A stretch of 64,000 bases of DNA, from contig MEDY01000051.1 of NCBI GenBank assembly GCA_001724265.1, forward strand, positions 1 through 64,000, written 5' to 3'. Source of the DNA: Rhizaria sp. SCN 62-66 (Eukaryota). The notes under the pieces are model-generated. The model was not told the DNA's origin. It did not search any database and saw only the letters and a list, made by a program, of their open reading frames with translations. Shown in pieces: positions 35,525-46,832 of this stretch. The number at the start of each line of letters is the position of its first letter. Position 1 is the stretch's first letter. Both the position numbers and the translations under genes were made by a program.

Positions 35525-38065
35525 TCACACCCATGCAGCAATGATCTTGTCCATGGCGGTGACCTTGGCCTTCATCGCGATCGTCAGCGGGCTCTTGTCG
35601 CCGTAGCAGTTGACGTACACGGCGGCCGCCTTCCTCCACGCCTCGGCCGCGCTCTTGCGCTTGCGTTCGCTCTCAGGCGTCCGCGCCGCGCCCGCGCCCG
35701 TGCATGCGGCGAGCGTCGCGGCGTCGGCGCGGCCCTCGTTGACGACCACCTCCGGCACGCCACCTGCGACGGCGTCGGCGTCGCCCACGGCGGCTTGCGC
35801 GTTGGCGGCGGCGGGGTAATCCGCCATGCCGACTTGCTTGAGCGCCATGAGCGCCATCGTGGCCCACTTGCCCACGGCCTTGAAGTCGCGCGCCGCGCGC
35901 GCGAGCTGGACCAGCGCCGTGTATGCGTTGAACACCACGTAGTGGAACGGAACCAGGCCGGCCACGGTCTTGCACGGCGCGCCGTCGCTTCCGCGCGGCG
36001 CCGTCTTGATGACCGCCACGTCACTGCCACTGCTGTTGCTGCTGGTGTTGATGTAGGCGGGGAGCGTGGTCATGCTGACGACGTCGCCCTCGAGCACGGC
36101 GCGCGCGGCCTCGTTCTTGCCGTGCGCATACAGTGCCAGACCCTCGTGCAGCCGCGTCTGCACGCTCTCCACCAGCGCGTCCACCGCGCCCACGGTCACG
36201 CTGCGGTCACCGCACGCGGCGCACGTCAGCAGCGTCGCGTCGGTCACCGGCTCGGCAGCCGCGACCACCTCGGCCTCCGCCTCAGGGTTGGCAGTCTCAG
36301 CGGCGGCGGCAGCCTCGGGCTTGGCAGCCTCAGGGTCAGCAACATCCTTCTTGTCCTTGTTGTCCTCGTCTTTGTGCACGTTGGCAGCATCACTGTTCTC
36401 GCCGTCGGCAGTCAGGTGGTGGTTCTTGCGCTGCGGTCCGGCCCGCGCGCGCGCCTTCTCGGGGTAGTCGAGCTGCCCCTTGCCGCAGCGCAGGCACTTG
36501 ACGCCTGCGATGACCTTGTCCTCGGCCGCCTGCGCCGCGGGCGCGTGGCGGCCCTCGGCTGTGGGGTCGAAGAAATAGCGCCCGCGCAGCTGACCGCGGC
36601 GCACCCAGGACGGCGCATACAGGTCCACGTAGTTGTGGGTAAGCTCCTCACCGGCTTTGACCGCGCGCACGGTGCGCATGGTCATGTTGCAGCCGCCCGA
36701 GCCGCCCGCGCCGCCGAAGGTGTAGGAGCATGTCGGCAGACACGAGTGGTTGAGGTACGACGCGGCCGAGAAGATGCCCATGCCGATGGCGTTGTTGTTC
36801 AGGTCAGTGATGCTGTGCGCGTTGACGTGGTAGCGCAGGTACAGGCGGGCCGCGCGGACGGCGCCGGTGGCTTTCCACACCTCGGGCGCCATGATCATGC
36901 CCAGCGAGGACATCACCTGCCGGGCGGGTGCGGGGATATATCGAGTGAAACAAAAAATTCAAAAAAATAAATGCATATATATAGTTAGATAATTGCGTAC
37001 GTAATATTATTTCCTAATTTGGCTTCAGTCAAGTGAGACATATGTGTTCGAGAGTTCACTTAAGTAAACTACGCATCGATTGTGAATTCAGGTTGTACTG
37101 TGCTTAGTATGAAGCTATCTCTTCAAATTGGCACAGTGTCAACATTTCGCGCCGCAAGTATGCTTTATCTGCACGTACCTGCGTGGCCTGCGCAAAGACG
37201 GCGGGCGGGAAGCTCGCCTCGTGGGTCATGAGCGCCTCGACATCCGCGAAGTTGCACCCGACCTTGGGCTTCCACTGCTGCAGCGCAGCGGGGATAGCCG
37301 AGGTGGTGACCGTGGTAACCTTCTTGCCGTTGACCACGCGCGTCGTCGTCGTCTTGGTCACCGCGGCGTTGGCGTCCCCGGCCTTGGCGGCAGCGGCGAG
37401 GTACTGCTCCTCCTTGTGGCCGAGGTAGAGGGCGCGCATGACGCAGCGGAACGACGCCGTCTCGCCACCAAGGCGGATCAGCGGCAGCGCCTTGAGCGAC
37501 GCGCACTCAAGCTTGTGCACGGGCTCGGCCGCCGTGTGGCACGCGCGCGAGCAGTAGCTGGGGAGGAACGCAGACAGAACGCAGAGCGCACAGGCAGAAA
37601 GTGATGTGTGAAGTGAGTTAGGAGGCGTACAGGGACAAAACAAAGAGTTTTAAGAGCAAAACTAAGACATTCCAATAAAAAAGAAGCAAAAACGCAAAAA
37701 TACACACATTGTAGCCATATGTTGAGTATTTGTTGCGTATTAGCGTACCGCGCAAACTTGCAGTCAGAGCACTGGTAGACAGTGCCCATGCACTTGCCGA
37801 AGCACTGGTGGCAGAAGACCGACACATAGTCGTCAAAGAGCACGCCTGCAAAGGGCGCCTGGTCGAGCACAAGCGTGCCGGCGGGCAGGTCCTGTGCGGC
37901 GACGACGTAGCGGCCCTGGACGTTGTTGTACGCGAGCTTCATGTTGCCCGAGAAGAACTGGTGCGCGCCCAGCGCGTCGAAGGAGCCGGCGAGCTGCTCC
38001 ACGGAGGGGTCCACGCCAAACAGGGAACCCGCCGAGGAAGACGCGGCGGACGCGGAGGCAGACAT
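35525..38065 (-). CDS. SET and MYND domain lysine methyltransferase (SMYD family); exons 37749-38065, 37179-37557, 35525-36916; 695 aa
   Basis: GRYVVAAQDLPAGTLVL; MYND CHQCFGKC...CSDCKFARYCSRACH...HKLEC; SET GIFSAASYLNHSCLPTC, RAVKAGEELTHNYVD, RRGQLRGRYFFD; TPR-like C-terminus. Exons sum to 2088 nt in frame. Ends TGA. Confidence 0.9.
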
Positions 38066-38623
38066 GCGGTCGCGCTGGGAGAGCGTGGCGGGGCAGGGGA
38101 GCGGCGCAGAGGTGGGTGAGGGAGGTGAAGTTGGGTGCGAGAGTGAGGCACGGAGTGAGAGCTTTTAGCAGGGATAAATACCTTTCTGTGGGGTTTAATT
38201 AACACGTTGAGTTTCCAGTATTATCTTGTTTCTGTAACCACTAACGTCTTCAACTTTGACGATTGTATCCTTGTGCTAGGACTATGTTTCATACCACGCA
38301 ACTTGCCTCCTCCTCTCTCGTCATTGCCACCATGGTCACCAAAACTCACCAGTCACACCTCATTGTAACTTGACACTCGACTTAATCCGACATTACAACA
38401 ATCTCAGATACCATAATAACTTCGGCAAAAACAAATATCCAGACTCAATAAACACGGTTGTATTACATTAGATCTTAAAAATATGCATAAACAGTCTCGG
38501 CTAGTTACTTTTATCCCCCTGGCCCGCCGCAGCGACATGACCTTAACAGAGTACACACCCCTGACCAGTTACGCGTTCGAGATGGAATCATTGACTCGAC
38601 AACACAGCGTCTCGCGGCCGTCC

Positions 38624-40918
38624 TCACATGTCCCAGTCCTCCTGCCCGGCCTTAATGGCACGCGCGATGCCCTCCGCCTTGAACGCAAAGAGGTCCACAT
38701 CAAACCTCGCGGCCGCCACGCCCCCACTGCCACTATTGTTGTTGATGGTGAGGCTGACCACGCCCAGTCCGTAGGGCGTCGCCGCGTGGGTCCCGTCCGC
38801 GCTGACGATATAGCCCAGCGCGCGCAGCAGCGACAGCAGGCCGCGCGGCGCCGCCACAGCCGCCGCCCTGCCCGCTGTGCCCACGCCGCCGTCGCCGTCG
38901 CCGTCGCCGCTGCCGAGCCCGAGTCCGAGGCCGGCCTCGGCCCAGTCGGGGTCCTCGCCGCGCGCCTCCGCCGCCTGACGCCGCGCAGCCGCGATCAGCT
39001 TGGCGACGTTGATGCGGTGGAAGCGGGGATCGTCGGGCGTCGCGACCAGGTTCGCCACCACCTTGCTCTGGATCAGCCCGAGCAGCGCCGTCACCACGCC
39101 CGCGCTACTGCCGCCCCGCGCCGCGCCGCCGAGGCCGCCGCCGCCGAAGACTGTAGGCGAGGAGGGCAGGAGATCGCCGCCGACGCCGCGGCCGGCCGCC
39201 GCCGAGACGGAGCCCAGGTGGTGGCTGGGGGCCACGACGCCGCACTCGCGTAGCATGAAGAGCGTCACCTTAAACACAGAGCACTGCGGCGCCAGCGATG
39301 CGCCCACGTGCGCCAGCTCGTTAGCCGCCGCCTCGAGCAGCGACGCGTCCGGGGACACCACTTCAAGCGAAGACGACGACGACGAGGCGGCGGAGGCGGA
39401 AGAGGCGGCTTGATTTTGGTGGGGGAACGCAGCCTGACTTTGCTGCGTGTACCCGAGCTTTGAGAGGATCTCGAGCGCCCAGGGGTGGCGGCCCAGGTGC
39501 CGCCGGTAGCCGGGCGCGTCAGTCACCACGCAGCGCAGCTCGCGGTCCGCGGCGCTCAGCGCGGCCGCCACCGGGCTCCGGCCGCCATTGCTGCCGCTGC
39601 CGTTGCCCGCGCCGGCGCCGGCGCTGTGGCAGGACGCGAGCGCGTTGGCGACGACGCGGTGGAGCTCGCGGGCCACAAACGCCTGCTCGTCGGCCGTGCC
39701 GGGGTCCGTGACCGTGGTGGTCGCCAATGCGGCCGCCACAGCGGCCTCGGACGGCACGAACGGAGGGTCCGACGACGCCAGCGCAAAGCGGGCACTCACT
39801 GCGCCCCCGCTGCCGCTACCGCTGCGACGATCAGGCTGCCGCTCCTCCTCTTCCTCATTGTCTGTCATTGCGCGGCCGCCGCCAGCAGCAGCCGCTGTCG
39901 CGCTCCCCGCGCCGCCGCCCCGCTGCGCGTCTGCGAGGAAGCCGAGCGGGACAGCGTCGGCGGCGCCGGGCGCGGCCACGGGCGCGGTGAGCGCGGGGTC
40001 TGCGTCGACGGTCTGCGGCCAAAGCTTGCGCACGGGCGTCACGGTGCGGTCCAGCCGCGCCTGCAGCCGCGCCGCGGTCTCGGCCAGCGCGGCCAGTGCG
40101 GCGGGCGCGGGAGGGGACTGCGCCAGCTCGAACGCGGCGCCGTCGGCCGCGGGCCGGAAGCCGCAGCAGCGCAGGAGCGAGAGCCCGCCGGTGGAGCGCA
40201 CGAAAGCCGTGAGGATCGTGTCGTTGCGGCGCGAGACGCGGTGAAAGCGCGCGTTGGCGGGCTCACGGACAATGCGCGTGACGATCGCGAGCAGCGTGCG
40301 GCACACGAGCTGCAGCCGCGTGATGCCGTGGTGGCGGTACACGGCGCCCAGCGCGGCGGGGATGTCGGGGTACGCCGTCCACGCCGCTGCCTCGCGCGCG
40401 CGGGCCTCGGCGGCGTGTTCCGCGCGGTCTGCGCCCACCAGCGCCTCGCGCTTCAGCGCCTCTGTCTTGCGGCGCAGCTCGGCGGCCTCGCGCTCGGCGC
40501 GCGTCTCGGCGGCCGCGGCAGCGTTGGCCTCGCGGGCCTTGGCGCGGAGCGACGCCTGCAGCTCCGCCTCAACCGCGGCCGCCAGCTGCGCCGCCGGAGT
40601 CAGCACGGGCGCAGGCGCTGGCGCCGCGACGGGGCGCGAGGCCAGCGACGACACGGAGGACGACGAAGCCGAGGACGAGGACGCGCCCGCAGGTACCGGG
40701 GAGGAAGCTGTCTTGGAGGCGGCCGTCTTGGCTGTATTTGTGGTGGTGGCGGGCTTTGTGGCGGCCGGGGCGGGGGCAACGGGGACCGGAGCGGGCACAG
40801 GAGCGGGTGCGGGGGCAGCAGGTGCGGCGTTGCGAGGACGGGGCGCCTCACAGAGCTCGCAGATGGAGCGGGCGTAGTTGTTGAGATACGTGCAGGACCC
40901 ACAGGCCCACTCGCTCAT
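38624..40918 (-). CDS. RanBP2/NZF-type zinc finger plus two to three PUB(-like) domains; putative ubiquitin/p97 adaptor; about 764 aa
   Basis: WACGSCTYLNNYARSICELCE; PUB signatures LLAIVTRIVREPANARFHRV...GGLSLLRCCGF and VVANLVATPDDPRFHRIN...LLSLLRALGY; a degenerate middle copy (VVANAL...ALEILSKLGY). ATG directly follows a pyrimidine-rich CAG. Ends TGA. Confidence 0.75.
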   Translation of the reverse strand: MSEWACGSCTYLNNYARSICELCEAPRPRNAAPAAPAPAPVPAPVPVAPAPAATKPATTTNTAKTAASKTASSPVPAGASSSSASSSSVSSLASRPVAAPAPAPVLTPAAQLAAAVEAELQASLRAKAREANAAAAAETRAEREAAELRRKTEALKREALVGADRAEHAAEARAREAAAWTAYPDIPAALGAVYRHHGITRLQLVCRTLLAIVTRIVREPANARFHRVSRRNDTILTAFVRSTGGLSLLRCCGFRPAADGAAFELAQSPPAPAALAALAETAARLQARLDRTVTPVRKLWPQTVDADPALTAPVAAPGAADAVPLGFLADAQRGGGAGSATAAAAGGGRAMTDNEEEEERQPDRRSGSGSGGAVSARFALASSDPPFVPSEAAVAAALATTTVTDPGTADEQAFVARELHRVVANALASCHSAGAGAGNGSGSNGGRSPVAAALSAADRELRCVVTDAPGYRRHLGRHPWALEILSKLGYTQQSQAAFPHQNQAASSASAASSSSSSLEVVSPDASLLEAAANELAHVGASLAPQCSVFKVTLFMLRECGVVAPSHHLGSVSAAAGRGVGGDLLPSSPTVFGGGGLGGAARGGSSAGVVTALLGLIQSKVVANLVATPDDPRFHRINVAKLIAAARRQAAEARGEDPDWAEAGLGLGLGSGDGDGDGGVGTAGRAAAVAAPRGLLSLLRALGYIVSADGTHAATPYGLGVVSLTINNNSGSGGVAAARFDVDLFAFKAEGIARAIKAGQEDWDM

Positions 40919-41469
40919 CTGGGGAAAGCGACTGTGCGGCAAGATTAAGAGCAGAGAAAGTTTAAGCTAGAGATCAAGTCTGAGTTACATCGTCAAATGT
41001 TAAGTAGACGTCTGAAGCGCCTTTGACGATGGCAAGTGGTAGACTGGACAACGTTTTGAGTGCGATTCATGGGTCACCACAAATCGCAAAGCAGACCCTC
41101 GACTTTTTCGGTCCTGCCCCGAGCGCGACCTGCGCGTGCAATCGGGCGACGTCGATGATCAAAAACAAGCAGTTGTGCCGTATATACACGTCTTCATTTA
41201 ATATATGGAACGTAACCGCGAGATTTAAGTTATATTTTTATTACTTTCATTTGTTATGTTCCGTACCTGGCGCTGAAATGACCACTATGGAAGCCGAGTT
41301 TGCCGACTCTTGACCCGCGCCTCTTAACCGTTTTCTCTCCTTCCATCTCTCGCCTCAGGACTTTTCCCTGCTTATATCAACGAAAGTTACTGACATACTC
41401 ATGCTAACGCCATACTGTTCGACCTTGCCACACTCATTTTTTTGCTTTAAAAGTTTCCTTTATCGCGCA

Positions 41470-44051
41470 ATGTCCGCTGATAAGGTAGGTCCCTTGCTTC
41501 GCAACCAAGACCCGCAATATGACAGTCTGCATACCGCCCTCTACCCTTCGCGCATAAGCTATATAGACACAAGCATGACGATTATAGGAGGCTGCATGTG
41601 CGCTATGACGACATATTTGCGTAGATTTTGCATATGCTGTCATACTTGCTTTTGTTTCATCGTCCCGAGTTCTCGTCCCCCTCCTTCAAATCTCCCCTAC
41701 CCTCGCTCGCTTAACGCACGCTCACCCTCTTGCTTTCGTCCCCAATCCGCTCATCTATAACCTTGTCACGCTGTTTGCATATCGCTTTGCAGGAGTCTGC
41801 GATTGTGTTGGTCGACCCCATCTCCACCGGCGCCAACCTCGCGGACCTTCTCCTCAACCAGTACGTTCCCCGCCGCGACGCCCACTTTGGCGACGACAGA
41901 TCAGACATAACTGTGCACAGATCTTATTAATTTTACACTATAGTGTAATTCGTACCACGAAAATGTATTAACATGAATATTTCATCTTAAATCACCAAGG
42001 CGATACCAATACCATGACATACGTGTCTTATTTCTTTGATGCTGACATCACGTTGTCCCCCATGCTGCTCTCCGCACTCTTTTCCCACCCCCGCTTCACG
42101 CCACAGGGGGAAGAAGGTGATCGTGTTCTGGTCTACGAGCGTCACCACGGACCTGCACGCGCTGCTGCAGCCCGGCCTGCGGACCGACTACACGGCCACG
42201 CTGCACGAGACGTCCTCGGCCGCGGCCGCTGCACCGCTCGGCGACGACAGCTCGCGCGTGCGCTCCGACGCGGAGCTGGCCGCGATCGCCGCGCTGCTGC
42301 GCGCGACTGGGTACGACATTGCGGCCGTGGTGGCGGCTTCGGAGCTGGGCGTTGAGTGCGCGGACCAGGTAGCCGCACACATGGGGCTGCGCGGCAACGG
42401 CACCGCGCTGACCGACTGCCGCCGCGACAAGTTCCTCATGGGCGAGGCCGTGCGCGCGGCGGGCATCCGTGCCGTCAAGCAGCGCTTGTGCGCGACGTGG
42501 GCCGAGGCGCGCGCGTTCCTGCTTGAGTGCGGCATCCCCGACGGCAAACGGCTCAGTGTGGAGGAGCTGGCGTTGCAGCGCGCCATCGACGGGCCCGCAG
42601 AGGCGTCGGCCGCGCTGCGCATGGTCATCAAGCCCGCGCGCTCGGCCGGCAGCGACGACGTGTTCCTGTGCAGCCACATGGACGAGTTCGAGGAGAAGTT
42701 CAAGCACATCATCGGCAAAAAGGTACCCTACACCTATCGAAAACAAAAACATAGCTATAAAAAAAGAGGAGACTTGCACAAGAAGACCAGTCGAAATGTT
42801 TTTTTTTTTTTTCTTTTTTTTTTTCTTTATCATTGTTGAGCTTTTCTCTAAACTCTTAATTTCTACTTGGCTGTTGCATTATCTTATCTTTTGTCGCCTA
42901 GAACAAGGTGAACGTGGCCAACACGGCGGTGCTGTTGCAGGAGTACCTGCAGGGCGTCGAGTTCGTCATCGACACGGTGTCGCTGGACGGCCAGCACAAG
43001 ATGGCCGGGTGCTGGAACTACATGAAGGGCTCCGTCAATGGCGCCGCGTTTGTGTACTTCGGCATGAAGCTCGTCGACGGCGCGAACCCGGTCTCGCAGG
43101 AGGTGTTTGCCTACGTCAAGCAGGTGCTGGATGCGCTCGAGATCAAGAACTGGTGCGGACACGCAGAGGTCATGTATCACCCACTCACGGGGCCGTGTCT
43201 CGTCGAGGTTGGCTCACGGCCCCACGGCGGTGAGGGCATTTTCATCGAGGGCGCCAGGTAAGTACGCCCAATGTCCTGGCAATGTCAAGATTATGCGAGA
43301 CGAATATTTCATCACCAAAACATGAGATATCTCAGCTAAATTATATTTTTTTCAAGATGACATTTCAGATATTTGCATTGTTTTGCATTTATATTGATGC
43401 GCTACAATTTATCGTGATCAGGGCTCATATCATGCATGTATTTGATTGCACTACTGGTGATTTATACCACTCGTACAGGGCCGTGTGCGGGTACAGCCAG
43501 GTGGATCTGCTGGCCGCCGCCATGGCGGGCAGCGAAGAGTTTAGCACGTTTCCCGACACGTGGTCCGTCAAGACGGGCGCGGCGGCAATCATCGACCTCG
43601 TCAGCTACAAGGCGGGCGTCGTCAAGAACGTCAACGAGGACGCAAAGTACGTGCTTGTTCCACATGCATGCCACATGGAGGACACATAATCATCTTTATT
43701 GTGTTTGCTTGTTTGTTTGCTTTTGTTTCTTTAACTTCCCGTGTTGTTCCAAGACATTGCATGATTGATCTATGTAAGGCACATGTTCATGTCTTCATTT
43801 GTCTCCTCTCAAATTGTTTTCTTGCCATCTTCACGTTGTTTCACCTTTTTCCCAGGGCCAAAGTGGAGGACCTGGACTCATTCCGCCACTGGCACTGCCT
43901 GCCGGCCCCCGGCGCGACAATCTCGCCCACGATCGACTGCTTCACGACGGTGGGCTCGATCACGCTCGTGTCGGGCAGCGCCGAGGCCCTCAACGCCGAC
44001 ATCGAGGCCGTGCGCGAGGCTGAGGAGACGCTGTTCGACCTCGTTGAGTGA
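41470..44051 (+). CDS. ATP-grasp enzyme (L-amino-acid/peptide ligase-like); exons 41470-41484, 41793-41860, 42107-42722, 42902-43257, 43479-43646, 43856-44051; 472 aa
   Basis: IVLVDPISTGANLA, ELGVECAD, RRDKFLMGEAVRAAGI, VIKPARSAGSDDVFLC, LLQEYLQGVEFVIDTVS, GHAEVM...GPCLVEVGSRPHGG. Six GT-AG-bounded exons sum to 1419 nt in frame. Ends TGA. Confidence 0.88.
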
Positions 44052-44280
44052 CGAAGAAAGCAACATTTGACATGCGTTTGGAAACTCATTCAGAGAGAAA
44101 TACAGTTTTTTCAACTAACTAATACGGTGACTACATCGATGACTCTCAAAACTTGTCTGATGAAGATGGCAGCGAGGATGATTACTGTGCATTCTTTATT
44201 AAACTTATCACGTCTTACGACCATCTTCGTGATGACAAAGTGGAGGGTCCGATTTGTCAATTTCTAGAGCGTCACATTAT

Positions 44281-45744
44281 TCAGTACTTGTTGCTCCTTC
44301 GCACCTGCATCTGCCCTCCCCTCGCAGTCTGCTGCTGTTGATGCATCTGTCTCTGCCCCTGCTGCTGTTGCTGCTGCTGGCTCTGCGCCGCCCCACCACC
44401 GCTCTCGGCACCCACGCGCGTGGTGCGCACCGGCAGGAAGCGGTTGAGCCCGGTCTGCACAAGCGCGTTGCGGTTGCGCACCACGTTGGGGTTCACACGG
44501 CCGCAGCTCGTCACGGCGCTGCCCTCGACGTGCGAGCTCCCCACAGTGCGCGCGCTCCCGGCCGCCGCACCCGCCTCGTACCGCACCGGCATGCCCGGCA
44601 GCGCGAGGAACTGCGGCGCCTGGTCGCGCCGCGCCCATCCGGCCTGCCCGCGCGGCTCGATCCCCGCCGTGCCGAGCACCGCGGCGGCTGCGGCTGCGGC
44701 GGGCGGGGCTGCGGCGTCGGCGGCGGCCGCGCGCGCGGGCTCGGGCGCGGCGGCGTGCCCGAAGGCCGCCGGCGCGGCGTGGAACGTCGGCGTGCGGTGA
44801 TGCTGATGATTGGGTACGTAGTCGAGTCGCGGGCCCAAAGCGAAGGCCGGGTCAGTGACGCCGTAGCCGATGTCGCCCACGGCCGTGCCGCGCCGGCGCA
44901 AGGGGTGGTAGTTCGACATCGACGGCGGCGGCAAAGCGGACAGCTGAGACTGAGAATGGGAAAACCTAGACTTGCTTTCGTCACCGCCGCCACCGCCGTC
45001 GCCGCCGCCGCCCTTGTAGAGAAACCCGGAGACGACGCTGCTTTGGTCAGGGCTGAGGCTGTCGGGAGGGGTGTCTGCGCTCCAAGTCACGGTCTTGCCC
45101 AAGCCAGCCTTAGCACTCGCTCCAGCACCGGCACCAAAAGCTCCAACAGCAGCACTCGTAGCCGGAGCGTGGTGATTATTGTAGCTGCTGTGAGAGCTGT
45201 AGTTCCCCGACGGCGTGGGGGGATCATATGCACTGTATCCACTATTGACAGGGTTGTACGCAGCGTCCGCACTCGCGCTGGCGTTGTTGCTGTACGCGCT
45301 GGCGTTGGCATTATTGCTGTTTTTGTTGCCGCTGCCACTGGCGCTGGCGGCGGCGTGGAACGAGCCAGAGCTGGTGCGCATGTGCGTGGGGTAGGTCGAA
45401 AGCCCCACGGGAGCAGGCAGCGCGGGCGCGTAGGCCGCGGGCGCGGGGACGACACCGCTGGTCGACGCGATGGGCACGCCGCGGTAGGTGGGGATGCGGC
45501 CGACGCGTTGCTCGTACATGCGCGCTTCTTCGGCGTTGTCGCCGCGCGCGTGCATGACCGCCGAGAGCGCCGAGCCGACGCGACCGGAGGTGCTCAGGCC
45601 CAGGTTCACGTTCTTGTACGTCAAGGAGGTGGGCACAGCGGCGGCGGAGGCAGGGGAGTAAAGATGCTGGTGCTGCGGGGCGGAGATGCGCGCGCTGGAG
45701 CTGGGGCTGGTGGCCGAGAGATGTGGTTGTTGTTGCTGCTGTTG

Positions 45745-45793
<49 letters not shown>

Positions 45794-46041
45794 GGGTACG
45801 GCTGCTGCTGGGAGGGTGAGAATGAAGGGATAACAGTGGGCCGCGCGGAGGCAGCAATATCGGGGTTCTAGGCAATCGCAAGGTCGGCGTTCCAGGGCGG
45901 AATGCCAGCGCCGCCTGTCACGCGGCCGTTAAAGACGCGAGCGGTGTTATAGTGGGGGAGATCGTTGTTGTTCGTGCGCGCACCAGCGGTCTTTTGTGTG
46001 ATCTGGGAGTTGATCGGCGCCCACTGAGGAGGGTGCCACAT
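44281..46041 (-). CDS. Hypothetical low-complexity/polyQ protein; about 586 aa if TAG 45868-45870 is read as sense
   Basis: ATG at 46041 (MWHPPQWAPINS...) opens a frame that continues through one TAG into NPDIAAS...polyQ...VPTSLTYKNV and joins ORF 44281-45636 in the same frame. Ends TGA. No recognisable domain. Confidence 0.65.
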
Positions 46042-46832
46042 TTCAGCAACAACTAATCTATACAAAAATTGCAATAAACGCTCTGGTACGGGTTGATAGA
46101 ACGAGACTAGAGAGAGAAACCAACGAGAGTAGGTAGTGGCGGTGAGGGTTGGTTTCTTGACATCGGTTTCGGAGGACACATCACATTCCCGATCTTCATG
46201 AAAGCTATAATTTAAAGATAGTTGAAAAAAAAGTGTGATGTAAGAAATAAATGGTTTATGAAGTCATTAACGCCCAGTTTCCGCCACAGCACCATGTCAA
46301 ACAACGCGCTCGTTACTTTACCCCCCACCCCCTAACCAGCCGCCACCACAGATACGCAGGACGAGTCAAGCAAGCAGTCAATAGCAGCTGTTTTGAGCGT
46401 AGAGGTGATCTGAACAAACAGAAACAGAAACGAAAATAAACGTATAGTATACATGTACATATAGTGCGAATATTCATATAACGTAGTAGCCAACGAATAA
46501 CCTTGGAGAAAAGAACAAGAACTCGGAACAAAGAAAAAGAAAGGAACATAACAGCAGAGTCGTTATTTTACAAAACAAACAAGAAAACACAGAGACACAC
46601 ACAAAAAAATATTTAATTTGACTCAGCCACCAACATACAGACATGTCCACACGTGAACAATCAGAAAATAAGCGATATATATCCACGCGGGGCAGGCCCT
46701 CACACATCTATGCACGCTGCATCACCACTTCCGATAGCAAAACTTCGGTCACGTACGGACAAAGACTTACAAGACTTCGAGAAGTGAGGAGTCAGGATTT
46801 ATTTATGCTCACACAACAAACGCACCACAACC

